Shown one piece after another: positions 28,276 through 37,310 of a stretch of 64,000 nt of DNA (its first letter is position 1; each line of letters starts with the position of its first letter). The translations under genes were made by a program, and so were the position numbers. The DNA comes from Thermoproteota archaeon. Its GTDB lineage: Archaea; Korarchaeota; Korarchaeia; Korarchaeales; Korarchaeaceae. The notes beneath the pieces were generated by a model. That model saw only the letters and a list, made by a program, of their open reading frames with translations. It searched no databases and was not told the origin of the DNA. The stretch covers positions 160,001 to 224,000 of the forward strand of contig JAOZGC010000002.1 in assembly GCA_027491915.1 (NCBI GenBank). The letters are read 5' to 3'.

Positions 28276-28974
28276 TCAGAAAACTTCTCCGATCCTCTTC
28301 CTGCTGAGCTTTCTGCTCCTCATCAAGAGGAGGAGCCCGTCCTCGAACTCTTGAAACTCGCCCAAGACTATGGAAGCATAAATTCCGGTCGTTCCAACGA
28401 CCCTGCGCCTGCCCAACACCCTGACCCTCTCCCTCACGGTCTCCACCGACACCCCAACAATTCTGGCCACCAGGGACTCCCTACCCGGCACGTCCAGTTC
28501 GGCGTGCCCGTCCGGAGTCGGGAACACGAGGATGAGGGACTTGTTGACCCCGGGCCTCCTCACCCCGCCCTCCAGATCTCTCTCGGAAACCACCCCCCCA
28601 AACCTGTAGAACTCCTCCTCCCTCGATCTGAGCGGAACCAGGGGGAAGGACACGGTCACCCTGTTCGGCAGAGTGATGTACCCCTTGACGGCGGAATTCG
28701 GAGTCGACTGGACTATCCTCCTCTCCAGCGGACACCCCAATCCGGAGAGGGCATCCTCCAAGATGGATATCGGTCTCGGAGGACGGGGGACGAACACGTC
28801 GACGTCGCTTCCCTCGCTGACGTCTCCTCTGGCCAAGCTTCCGTAGGCGAAAGCCTCAATTCTCAATTTTTTCAGGCTCCTCAGCACCTCTAGAGCCCTC
28901 TCCCTGAGGGAAGAGAGGAGGTTCCACCTGCGTCTATCGTAAAGGACCACCCTGTCCGGGTTAAAAGGCAGCAC
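28276..28974 (-). CDS. Predicted nucleotidyltransferase (Pol-beta superfamily, COG2413-like)
   Basis: YGSLARGDV..SDVDV, QSTP...KGY, GVNKSL, GTTG. Confidence 0.85.
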   Translation of the reverse strand: MLPFNPDRVVLYDRRRWNLLSSLRERALEVLRSLKKLRIEAFAYGSLARGDVSEGSDVDVFVPRPPRPISILEDALSGLGCPLERRIVQSTPNSAVKGYITLPNRVTVSFPLVPLRSREEEFYRFGGVVSERDLEGGVRRPGVNKSLILVFPTPDGHAELDVPGRESLVARIVGVSVETVRERVRVLGRRRVVGTTGIYASIVLGEFQEFEDGLLLLMRSRKLSRKRIGEVF

Positions 28975-29004
28975 ACCTCACCTCGGGGCGGGAGTCCGGA
29001 TAAA

Positions 29005-29673
29005 TTGAGTGGTGGGAGAACACCAGATAGGTGCTCGAGGTGCGGCGCGAGGCCAGCCGTCTACCGCAGGGTGTACTCCGGAGAGTTCCTGTGCCTCGAC
29101 TGCCTGAGGAGATCTGTCCTCCGCGGGATAAAGAGGGTGATATCCAGGTACGGGTTGCTGAGGGAAGACTCCCACATACTCCTGGTCATCCCGAGGTGGG
29201 ACGTGCACCGCGCGGCCGCCGAGCTGTTCGAGCTGGTGGAGGCCGCCTTCCCCAGGGTGAGACTGGATCTGGAAGATGCGCCTGATGTTGGGGGTGACTA
29301 CTGGAGCTCCCTCCTGGCCGCCGCGAAGCTCGCCGCCTCCGACGCCGGTGGCAGGGTGCCGGTGGTTCCGCTCACCCTGGACGACGCCCTGGGGTTCTTC
29401 CTCCTGTTCTACTCCGGTCGCCCGCTGGCCCTAGCAGTAGACGGCAGGTTGAGCCTTGGCCCCGCGGCCGCCGTCGAAGGGACTGTGGCGCTTCCCACCG
29501 TGGAGATCCCGATGGCCGAGATCCAGGTCCTCTTCAAAGTCCAACGTCCCGAGGACCCCATCCTTTCTGCCCTGGACCGGATGGAGGCGGCCGCGCCGGG
29601 GGCCAAGATGAACCTCCTGAGGACCTACCACAGGCTGGTGGCCCCGCGGAGGCGGGAACCGTTTTTTAAGTGA
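29005..29673 (+). CDS. Degenerate TtuA/Ncs6-like protein (Zn finger kept, PP-loop lost)
   Basis: CSRC...YSGEFLCLDC N-terminus, TLDD, LDRMEAAAPGAKMNLL; no SGGxDS. Confidence 0.6.
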   Translation: MSGGRTPDRCSRCGARPAVYRRVYSGEFLCLDCLRRSVLRGIKRVISRYGLLREDSHILLVIPRWDVHRAAAELFELVEAAFPRVRLDLEDAPDVGGDYWSSLLAAAKLAASDAGGRVPVVPLTLDDALGFFLLFYSGRPLALAVDGRLSLGPAAAVEGTVALPTVEIPMAEIQVLFKVQRPEDPILSALDRMEAAAPGAKMNLLRTYHRLVAPRRREPFFK

Positions 29674-29693
29674 GGGTCGCCCGGTCGGGCGAT

Positions 29694-31136
29694 ATGTCCC
29701 ACAAGAAGGCCTTTGAACTTACTCCCAAGGAGGAGAACTTCTCTCAATGGTTTGACGAGACCCTGTTCAAGGCCGAGATACTGGACGAGCGGTATCCCGT
29801 GAAGGGAATGTATGTGTGGCTCCCGTACGGGTACGAAGTCATGGAGAGGATCATGGACATAATGGAGGAGCTCATGAGGAAGACCGGACACAGGCGGGTC
29901 TATTTTCCCGGGGTCGTTCCTGAGAGCGTCTTGGGGAGGGAATTCCGATTCATAAAGGGTTTTGAGGGCTCCGTCTACTGGATAACCATGCTAGGCCGGG
30001 GGCAGGCCCCCGAGAGGCTTGCCCTAAGGCCGACCAGCGAGGCCATAATGTACGAGGTCCTCTCCAGGTGGATCAAGAGCTACTCCGACCTGCCCCTCAG
30101 GATATATCAGATAGTCCCGGTATACAGGTTCGAGACCAAGGCCACTCGACCCATGATAAGGGTGAGGGAGATAGCCTTCTTCAAGGAGGGGCACACCTTC
30201 CACGCCACCTACGAGGAGGCGGTAGAACAGGTTAATCTGGGAGTTAGAATCTACAGGGAATTCTATGACAGGCTCTTGATACCATACTTGGTCGTCAAAA
30301 CCACCAGCTGGGACACCTTCCCCGGGGCGAGGTACAACTACGACCTCTTCACCATAATGCCGGACGGGAAGTGCCTCGAGCTCGGGAGCGTCATAAATTT
30401 CGGAGACCTCTTCGCCCGAACATACAATCTGAAGTACATGGACCGGGATGGGACGGAGAAAAACGTCAACACGACCTCCTTCGGCGTATCTGAGAGGAGC
30501 CTGGCCGCCGTCATAGCGATACACGGAGACGACAGAGGGCTGAGGCTCCCCCCCGAGATAGCCCCCATCCAGGTCGTGGTCGTCCCGATCCCGATCAAGG
30601 GGTCGGTCGGCGAGGTGATGTCGGCTGCCGAGAGGGCATCCTCACTCCTGAGCGAGGCGGGATTCAGGGTTGAGCTTGATGACTCTGACGACAGACCGGG
30701 CTACAAGTTCTACAAGTGGGAGCTCAAGGGGGTCCCGCTGAGGATAGAGGTTGGGCCCAAGGAGGCCAGGGGGGGATACGTGACCGCGGTCAGGAGGGAC
30801 GACGGCTCCAGGGAGGAGGTTCCCAACGAGAAGCTCACCGCCAGGGTGGGGGAACTATTGGAAGAGATTGCCTCTGGGCTTAGGACCCAGGCCCTGGAAT
30901 ACTTCGAGTCCAGGGTGGCGTCGGCCTCCTCCATCCAGGAGATAGAGGAGTTGGTAAGGGACAAGATCGTCTCATTCCCATGGTGTGGCAGAGAGTCTTG
31001 CGGTCACCGGGTGGAGGATCGTGTGGGCTACAGCATAATTGGGTATGAGGAGAACGAACTCGCAGGCAGCGGGGCGAGCTGTGTGGTCTGCGGCGGAGAC
31101 GCGCCGCACCGGGCCTGGATAGGCAGGAAGTACTGA
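29694..31136 (+). CDS. proS: Prolyl-tRNA synthetase (archaeal/eukaryotic type)
   Basis: RYPVKG, LALRPTSE, YRFETK..RPMIRVRE, LPPEIAPIQV, WELKGVPLRIEVG, C-terminal Y. Confidence 0.95.
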   Translation: MSHKKAFELTPKEENFSQWFDETLFKAEILDERYPVKGMYVWLPYGYEVMERIMDIMEELMRKTGHRRVYFPGVVPESVLGREFRFIKGFEGSVYWITMLGRGQAPERLALRPTSEAIMYEVLSRWIKSYSDLPLRIYQIVPVYRFETKATRPMIRVREIAFFKEGHTFHATYEEAVEQVNLGVRIYREFYDRLLIPYLVVKTTSWDTFPGARYNYDLFTIMPDGKCLELGSVINFGDLFARTYNLKYMDRDGTEKNVNTTSFGVSERSLAAVIAIHGDDRGLRLPPEIAPIQVVVVPIPIKGSVGEVMSAAERASSLLSEAGFRVELDDSDDRPGYKFYKWELKGVPLRIEVGPKEARGGYVTAVRRDDGSREEVPNEKLTARVGELLEEIASGLRTQALEYFESRVASASSIQEIEELVRDKIVSFPWCGRESCGHRVEDRVGYSIIGYEENELAGSGASCVVCGGDAPHRAWIGRKY

Positions 31137-31185
31137 CGGCGCCGATTTTTATAGTGCTCCCCCTCCTAGTCCTCGGGGCTAAGGG

Positions 31186-31533
31186 ATGCCGAAGAAGAGG
31201 AAGAACAGGGGCAGGAAGCTCTCTGGGTCCGGCCACGAGAGGGCGGTTCACTGCTCGGCCTGCGGGAGGCTCGTGCCGCTGGACAAGGCCGTCAAGATAA
31301 CCCGATGGGTCTCTCCCGTGGGAGGGACGATCGGGAGAGACTTGGAGAGGCAGGGCGCCTACATCTCGAGGAGGCTTGAGACCAGATACTACTGCGTCAG
31401 CTGCGCCGTCCACATGGGGCTCGTCAGGCCCAGATCCTACGAGGAGAGGAAGGTGGCCCGGCCCCTCCAGTCAAGGGGTCGCGGTAGGAGGAGAACCTCC
31501 TCCAAGGTCCCCCTCAAATTCATGAAGTTCTGA
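31186..31533 (+). CDS. rps26e: 30S ribosomal protein eS26
   Basis: MPKKRKNRGR, CSACG..VPLDKA, YCVSCAVH. Confidence 0.95.
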   Translation: MPKKRKNRGRKLSGSGHERAVHCSACGRLVPLDKAVKITRWVSPVGGTIGRDLERQGAYISRRLETRYYCVSCAVHMGLVRPRSYEERKVARPLQSRGRGRRRTSSKVPLKFMKF

Positions 31534-31950
31534 GAGAAGGGGGAACCAGCCCAGCTGGCCCCGGCATCCTTCCAGGATCTGGTCGTACCGCGGCCGCGGG
31601 CGGGGCCGGATCGGTTCCCGCCCTCTCCTCCGCTCGGTTGGGGGGTCTCCCACCGCGTGGGCCTCCCAGGTCCGTGCCATTCCCCCGAGGGGGCCTCACG
31701 TCCCCTGGTGCCTCGCGCGTAGGCCGGCTCGGCCGAGATCCGGAGCCGCGTGGGGCGATCTTAAATAGGAGGACGTCCCGGTTAGATATAAATTGGAAGC
31801 CCTCGGGCTGGCGGCGATCCGTATTTTGTCCCGGATTTCCCGTCGAGCGGGCCGCTCTCGGTCGATCCAGCAGATCCGCAGGTGCGGGCGTCGGGCTCTG
31901 GATCTAGGATTGGGGGCGGGGTGAGATCCGCCCGGTTGGAGGCGAGATCC
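31534..31950. other. Highly structured intergenic region with two internal TATA boxes (possible ncRNA plus structured leader)
   Basis: Multiple nested GC-rich inverted repeats; TTAAATA at ~31761 and TATAAAT at ~31787; no convincing ORF. Confidence 0.4.
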
Positions 31951-31951
31951 A

Positions 31952-32419
31952 ATGTCCGGCGAATTCAGACCCAGGGGTCTGGTTAGAACCCTGATACTCC
32001 TCTCGCTCTACAGGAGAAAGAGGCACGGTTACGGAATAATGGAAGACGTGGAGCAGGTAATCGGCAAGAGGCCGAGCGCCGGCGAGGTGTACCCCTTCCT
32101 CCGGAGGTTGGAGGAGGGCGGCTATGTGGTCGTGGAGAGGGATCCAACATGTGATCGGAGGAAGGTTTACTCTCTGACGGATAGGGGTAGGAAGCTGGTC
32201 GAGGACTCGATAGATCGGCTGTCCTCGATCTTCGAGGCCATAATAGAATCTAAGTTGTCCGTGTGCGTCAACTGCGGCGTTAAGATATACGAGGGAGGGG
32301 TGGAGGTCGAGTTGGATGGGGAAAAGATGATCTTCTGCTGCGAGCACTGCGCCGCCAATTTCCTGGCCCGCAGGGGGATCGTCAGGGCGGTACGCCCTGA
32401 GTCGGGCGGGGTGGATTAG
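31952..32419 (+). CDS. PadR-family regulator with C-terminal TRASH/YHS metal-binding domain
   Basis: HGYGIM, GEVYPFLRRLEEGGYV, RRKVYSLTDRG; CVNC...FCCEHC. Confidence 0.88.
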   Translation: MSGEFRPRGLVRTLILLSLYRRKRHGYGIMEDVEQVIGKRPSAGEVYPFLRRLEEGGYVVVERDPTCDRRKVYSLTDRGRKLVEDSIDRLSSIFEAIIESKLSVCVNCGVKIYEGGVEVELDGEKMIFCCEHCAANFLARRGIVRAVRPESGGVD

Positions 32420-32426
32420 AGATCTT

Positions 32427-34634
32427 TCAGAGGAAATCCTCCAATCCTCCCCCTCCTCCGCCCTCCTTCCCGACCTCAACCTCCCTGATCGCCCTCAAGG
32501 TTCTGTCCATGACTCCGTCGAACAGCTCCAGGTAGTAGCCGAAGTCCACATCATCAGGACTGACGAACTCCACCGGTCGGGCCCTCTCGTTCACGCTTCC
32601 CCTTCCCTTGACTATCACTATCCTCAGTACCTGGCCCCTGTGTATCTCTATCCCCCTCCCCTTCAGCCACATGCCAACCGCGTATCCCTTGGTCTTCCTC
32701 TGAAAATCCTCCAGCCTCTTGCCCACGGTCTCCACAATCACCAGGTCTTCCATATCCACCTCCCTCCTCTCCAACCTCTTCCTGGCGGAGGCGACAGTCC
32801 TCACTATCTCCTCCATGGGGGCCCCGCGCAGGGCCGCCTCGACGACCCTCCTCTGAGCCTTCTTCACGACGGCGGGATAATCCCTCCTAACGAACTCGAA
32901 GCCTCTGGCCTCCAGCCTCCCACCGACCAAGTGGGCGTACTTCTTCTTGGATAGGTAGAGGGCCGCGTCCGCCACGTATTGGAACTCCAGCGAGAGGGGG
33001 TACTCTGAATCTATCTCCTCGGCCAACCTCAGGTAATCCCCCTCGGAACCGCCGACGAGCTGTATTCCATCGGTGTCCACGTAGATGGGTTTCAAACCCA
33101 TCTCCTCCGCCCTCTTCATGACCTCCTTTATCAGCCTCCTCCCCACGGCGGCGGTCAGCTCGGCAGCCTCCCTACTCTTGAAAAGGGCCGACCCCCATCC
33201 CATGTAACCGTACAGGGCATTCGTCAAGACCTTGATGGCCTTTTCCACCGCCCTGAGTTTCTTAACCTCGCCCGGCCCCGCCGCCGACGACTCCTCTTTT
33301 ATGGCCGCCCTCTCCCTAATGAGCTCCTCGGCAATCCCCGATATTATCCCCCTGGGTTCCGTGCACACCTCCTTGATCGTCCCCTCTCCCTCGACCCTTC
33401 TGGTGGGACACTCCCCGCCGGGCGGGGAGACCGTCTCCGGGCTTATGTTGTAGCCGGCGATTATCGAAGGGTACATGCTCCTGAAATCCAGGTATCCGAC
33501 CTCCCTGTAGAGTCCCGGCCTGTCCAACCACACGAATCCACCCTTGAAATACCCGGCCGACCTTCTCCTCTCCGGGGGGGCCATTCCCTCCCTGAGGGCC
33601 CTCCTCAGCACGAGGGATTCGACGAGTTCACCGACGGGAGACCTGATAGTCTCGTGTATCGGTCTCAGACACCTCCTGGAGAGTTCCTCTTGGTGCGGCA
33701 GTAACCTCTTGGCCATTTCTCTTATGGTATCAACCTTATCCTCCATATATCTCAGAATTCTATCCCTCTCTCCCCTCCACATGTTTGGTATCTTATACTT
33801 CGGTATGGGATTTGGTCTCTCCACTCCAAGGGCGTCGGCCAACTCGTGCCAGGACCTGGTCGGAAGCTGCGGGAAATCTCTCCACGCCAGGGCGAATAGG
33901 TCCAGATCGGCCCTCCCGGGGATCACCCTCTCTACCAGTATGATCCCCCTGAAGAACCTGCCAGTCTCTCTAGGTTCCCCCCCGCCTCTCCCTCCGTCGA
34001 GGTTCACCCCCCCCCTCTCGGCCCTAGCCTGGATGTGGGCCAGCTCGTCCGCGTCCTGGCCGTACCCGACTATCACGTCTGGATCCTCTCTCCTGACGGT
34101 CTTCAAGAATTCTCCTATGATCTCGGAGTCGTCTCCCTCAGGCCCCTCCAGGGAGACGGGCTCCTCATCCCCGACGGCATAGGCCAGGGCTATTATTGGG
34201 CTCTCCCCGACCACCGGATACCCGAGCTTGCTGTACACCACCCCTGTAAAGTACATGATCTTGAGATCCTCGAGTCCGCCGATGCCCACCGGTTCCAGAT
34301 CCTCGGACAGGAGGCTGAAGGGCTCCAACCCCCTCTCCATCAGGAATTGGTGCCACGTCGGGATGTCCCCCGCCCTGACCCCCTTAACCTCCCTCGAAAT
34401 CCTCCTGCGATCCTCCTCCCTCAACCTGACCTTCCTGAACCTCTTCTCCCTGAGGGGATCCCTCAGGACGACCTCTTCCTCCGATAGAATCTTGTCCCTA
34501 AACCTCGCGGGTACCTCAGCCCCCTCGGGTACGAGGACGTAGGGGAGGTATTCGACCTCCTCCCTCCCGCCCCCTCCGACCCAGAGTCTGACCCCGCCGG
34601 GGATCTCCTCCATGTGGTAGAATGTTCCTCTCAA
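32427..34634 (-). CDS. Second family B DNA polymerase (PolB3-like) with degenerate 3'-5' exonuclease
   Basis: DFRSMYPSII, IKVLTNALYGYMG, YVDTDG, KKKY, RGFEFVRRD; exonuclease acidic residues missing; C-terminal GLEDFL. Confidence 0.9.
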   Translation of the reverse strand: MRGTFYHMEEIPGGVRLWVGGGGREEVEYLPYVLVPEGAEVPARFRDKILSEEEVVLRDPLREKRFRKVRLREEDRRRISREVKGVRAGDIPTWHQFLMERGLEPFSLLSEDLEPVGIGGLEDLKIMYFTGVVYSKLGYPVVGESPIIALAYAVGDEEPVSLEGPEGDDSEIIGEFLKTVRREDPDVIVGYGQDADELAHIQARAERGGVNLDGGRGGGEPRETGRFFRGIILVERVIPGRADLDLFALAWRDFPQLPTRSWHELADALGVERPNPIPKYKIPNMWRGERDRILRYMEDKVDTIREMAKRLLPHQEELSRRCLRPIHETIRSPVGELVESLVLRRALREGMAPPERRRSAGYFKGGFVWLDRPGLYREVGYLDFRSMYPSIIAGYNISPETVSPPGGECPTRRVEGEGTIKEVCTEPRGIISGIAEELIRERAAIKEESSAAGPGEVKKLRAVEKAIKVLTNALYGYMGWGSALFKSREAAELTAAVGRRLIKEVMKRAEEMGLKPIYVDTDGIQLVGGSEGDYLRLAEEIDSEYPLSLEFQYVADAALYLSKKKYAHLVGGRLEARGFEFVRRDYPAVVKKAQRRVVEAALRGAPMEEIVRTVASARKRLERREVDMEDLVIVETVGKRLEDFQRKTKGYAVGMWLKGRGIEIHRGQVLRIVIVKGRGSVNERARPVEFVSPDDVDFGYYLELFDGVMDRTLRAIREVEVGKEGGGGGGLEDFL

Positions 34635-34723
34635 GGGCCCCCCCTTCCCAGCGGCCGGTTGATTAATTTCAGCTAGGCGGTTGTGGATCGGGTGTCCCTA
34701 TACCGGAGCGGACCGCGCTGCTG

Positions 34724-35821
34724 GTGAGATATTCGGAGATAGGCCTGAAATCTAAGAGGGTCAGGCCCCGGATGGAGGCCAGACTCGTCGAGAACTTGAA
34801 ATCCACCTTCCTGCACTCGGGGATATCTTTCTCCGGGATCGAGGTGGTCAGGGGGAGGATAATCGTCAGGACTAGGAGCGAGAGGGCCGAGGAGGCGGCC
34901 TCCAGGGTATTCGGGGTAAAGTCGGCCAGCCACGCCGTTGAGGTTCCGGCAGAGATGGAGGCCATAGAGAAGGCGGCCAGGGCCGTCGCCAGAGAGGGGG
35001 AGGGGTCCTTCGCCGTTAGGGCCCGGAGACTGACCAAGGACCTACCGATCAACTCCCAGGAGATAGCTCGGATCGTCGGGGCCGCAATAAGGGAGGAGAC
35101 CGGCAGGCCGGTCGACCTGTCCAATCCCGATCAGGTCATCGGTATAGAGGTGATTGGAGGCAGGGCCTACGTGTTCGACAGCAGGGTGGAGGGGCCGGGC
35201 GGGCTGCCGCTGGGGACCCAGGGGACCGCCGTGGCCCTGATATCTGGAGGAATAGACAGCCCGGTGGCCGCCTGGCTGATGATGAGGAGGGGAGTAGAGA
35301 TCCTCCCTCTCCACATGAAGGTGGGAGATCGATCGGAGGAGTCCTTTTATCGGGTTCTCCGGGTCCTCAGGGAGTACTCGCGCGGGGGAGAGAGGGATCC
35401 GACAGTCCTCGATCACGCCGAGACCATGACCCAGGTGACGTCCGCCCTGGCCGAGGTTGGGGAGCTGAGCTGGACCTGCCTGTTCTGCAAGAGGGCCATG
35501 TTGAAGGCAGCGGAGGAGGTTGCCCGGGCCAGGGGGGCCGAGGCCATAGTTACCGGAGAGTCCTTGGGGCAGGTGGCCTCCCAGACCCTGGCCAACATGT
35601 CGGTGATCTCCAGGGGATTGGAACTCCCCGTCCTCAGGCCACTGATCGGAATGGATAAGGAGGAGATAGTGTCCGTCGCCAAGAGGATAGGGACCTACCA
35701 GGTCTACGAGCGCCCTCCCCCCTGTCCCTTCAGGCCGAAGAGGGTGATCACGTCGGCCAGGTGGGATAAATTCGTTGAGGTGGCCAGGAAGTCCGGGTTA
35801 CACCACCTGCTCAGTCCCTGA
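34724..35821 (+). CDS. thiI: tRNA 4-thiouridine synthase ThiI (THUMP + PP-loop, CxxC+C type)
   Basis: RYSEIGLKS, GPGGLPLG, SGGIDSPVA, CLFCKR, GESLGQVASQT, RPLIG; true start probably slightly upstream. Confidence 0.93.
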   Translation: MRYSEIGLKSKRVRPRMEARLVENLKSTFLHSGISFSGIEVVRGRIIVRTRSERAEEAASRVFGVKSASHAVEVPAEMEAIEKAARAVAREGEGSFAVRARRLTKDLPINSQEIARIVGAAIREETGRPVDLSNPDQVIGIEVIGGRAYVFDSRVEGPGGLPLGTQGTAVALISGGIDSPVAAWLMMRRGVEILPLHMKVGDRSEESFYRVLRVLREYSRGGERDPTVLDHAETMTQVTSALAEVGELSWTCLFCKRAMLKAAEEVARARGAEAIVTGESLGQVASQTLANMSVISRGLELPVLRPLIGMDKEEIVSVAKRIGTYQVYERPPPCPFRPKRVITSARWDKFVEVARKSGLHHLLSP

Positions 35822-37043
35822 TGGACGAAACGTACCTGGAGATCCTGTCCAATCCCTCCCTCAACCTCCCCTCGTTCATGACCAGGGGGGCGAAGGACAG
35901 CCTTACCCACCCCTCCATCCCGAAGTCGACCCCGGGGGCCAGGGCCACCTGCCACCCCCTCAGGAGCTCCTCCGTGAACTCTTTTGATGTTTTTCCCGTT
36001 TCTCCTATATTGAAGAATACATAAAAACCGCCATCGGGTCTCAACGGCCTCAATTTTTCTATGCGTGCTATCCCGTCGTACGCCCTGGCGGCCGTCCTCC
36101 CGTACAGGGATGGGGTCTCGCTCAGCATGTACCTCTTTATTCTTGATCCGGAGGTGTTCTCCATCATCTTGACGAATCCCCTCTGGATTAGCCCCGACGG
36201 AGACAGAGTCCTTGCCTGCTGCACGGTCTCCACAGCCCTGAGGAGATACGGGTCTCCGTAAAGGTACGCGGCCCTCCACCCAGGTATCCTGAACTCTTTC
36301 GACAGTGAGGCCAACCACAACTCATTCTCCCTTCTCTTCCTCGAATAATACGCCGGAATGTCTCCGTAATGGAACATCCTGTAGGCGACATCTATCAGCA
36401 CCCACAGCCCCCTGTCCTCGGCTATGTCCACCACTCCAGAGAGGGTCTCATCGTCGTAGACCTGGCCGTCCGGGTTCCCGGGCGTGGTTATGACTATCAT
36501 CCTCGTATCTGGCGTGATTAATTCGTCCAGATCCCCCAAATCAGGATTAAATTTTCCCCCTTTAATGGTCCTCCACCTCCTGATCCTCGCACCCATGCCG
36601 CTCTCCACGAGGATCTGTCTCTCGTAGTTCAGGTAGAAGGGGGTGGCCATGATGACCTCCGAGCCCCTGTCTAGCGTGGCCAAGAACAATCCGCCGGATA
36701 TGTCCGTGCTCCCCAGACCCGAGAGCAGCTCTTCCGTCTCAATCTCCCTACCGAAGACGATCGACTCGTATTTCGCGATCGCCTCCAGGAACTCCGGGTC
36801 TCCCCTGGTTGGGGGGTACCGAGCGGAGTTCACCAGTTCCCCATCGTCTTCCAGGACAGCAGAGATTCCCTCCCTCAGGAACTCCGGGGGGGGATCCTGA
36901 GGCCAACCTCCGCCCATGTAGATGAGCGGCCTCGGGTACCTCTCCGGGTGTCTCCTGTAGTCGGCGACCAGGTTCATTATCTCCCTTATCGAGCTGGGGT
37001 TCTCGACGGCGAACTCGGCCGTCAAAGAGATCCGGCCGCGCAT
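35811..37043 (-). CDS. PLP-dependent aminotransferase class I/II
   Basis: GWP, PFYLNY, PGNPDG, DVAY, SLSKEFRIPGWR, GGFY, PGVDFG, RLSF. Confidence 0.92.
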   Translation of the reverse strand: MRGRISLTAEFAVENPSSIREIMNLVADYRRHPERYPRPLIYMGGGWPQDPPPEFLREGISAVLEDDGELVNSARYPPTRGDPEFLEAIAKYESIVFGREIETEELLSGLGSTDISGGLFLATLDRGSEVIMATPFYLNYERQILVESGMGARIRRWRTIKGGKFNPDLGDLDELITPDTRMIVITTPGNPDGQVYDDETLSGVVDIAEDRGLWVLIDVAYRMFHYGDIPAYYSRKRRENELWLASLSKEFRIPGWRAAYLYGDPYLLRAVETVQQARTLSPSGLIQRGFVKMMENTSGSRIKRYMLSETPSLYGRTAARAYDGIARIEKLRPLRPDGGFYVFFNIGETGKTSKEFTEELLRGWQVALAPGVDFGMEGWVRLSFAPLVMNEGRLREGLDRISRYVSSIRD

Positions 37044-37115
37044 GGCCCCACCGTGCGCCCGGCGGAAGCTCTGTTAAAAATGGATCCCTGCTCACCGTCG
37101 GACGCGTCTCACATG

Positions 37116-37242
37116 GGGGCTGGCAGCTTCCGCGTTTCCCGGACCCTTGCGGAGTCCAGTACTCCGCGGAACGTGGCCAGGCTTAACTTCCGGGTTCGGA
37201 ACGAGTCCGGGTGTGTCCCTGGCCACTATGGCCGCCCGCCCC
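37116..37242 (-). rRNA. rrf: 5S rRNA (stand-alone)
   Basis: Minus strand GGCGGCCATAG...CACCCGGACTCGTTCCGAACCCGGAAGTTAAGCC...AGTACT...GGGAAA...GCTGCC; terminal helix closes. Confidence 0.95.
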
Positions 37243-37264
37243 GGTCGGGGGTGGGGAAAGGGGG

Positions 37265-37272
37265 ATTTAAAT
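37265..37272. promoter_or_regulatory. Palindromic TATA box between divergent 5S rRNA and ileS
   Basis: ATTTAAAT about 25 nt upstream of the 5S 5' end. Confidence 0.6.
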
Positions 37273-37310
37273 CTACCGTAGCGCGATAGGCCGGCGGCGG
37301 GTGGTCTCGG

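Noticed and set aside
31561-31585. Minus-strand CCAGATCCTGGAAGGATGCCGG resembling SRP RNA helix 8
   Set aside because: The conserved CAGG/AGCA symmetric loop and GNRA tetraloop geometry are not met, and no Alu domain or helix 6 is recognisable.
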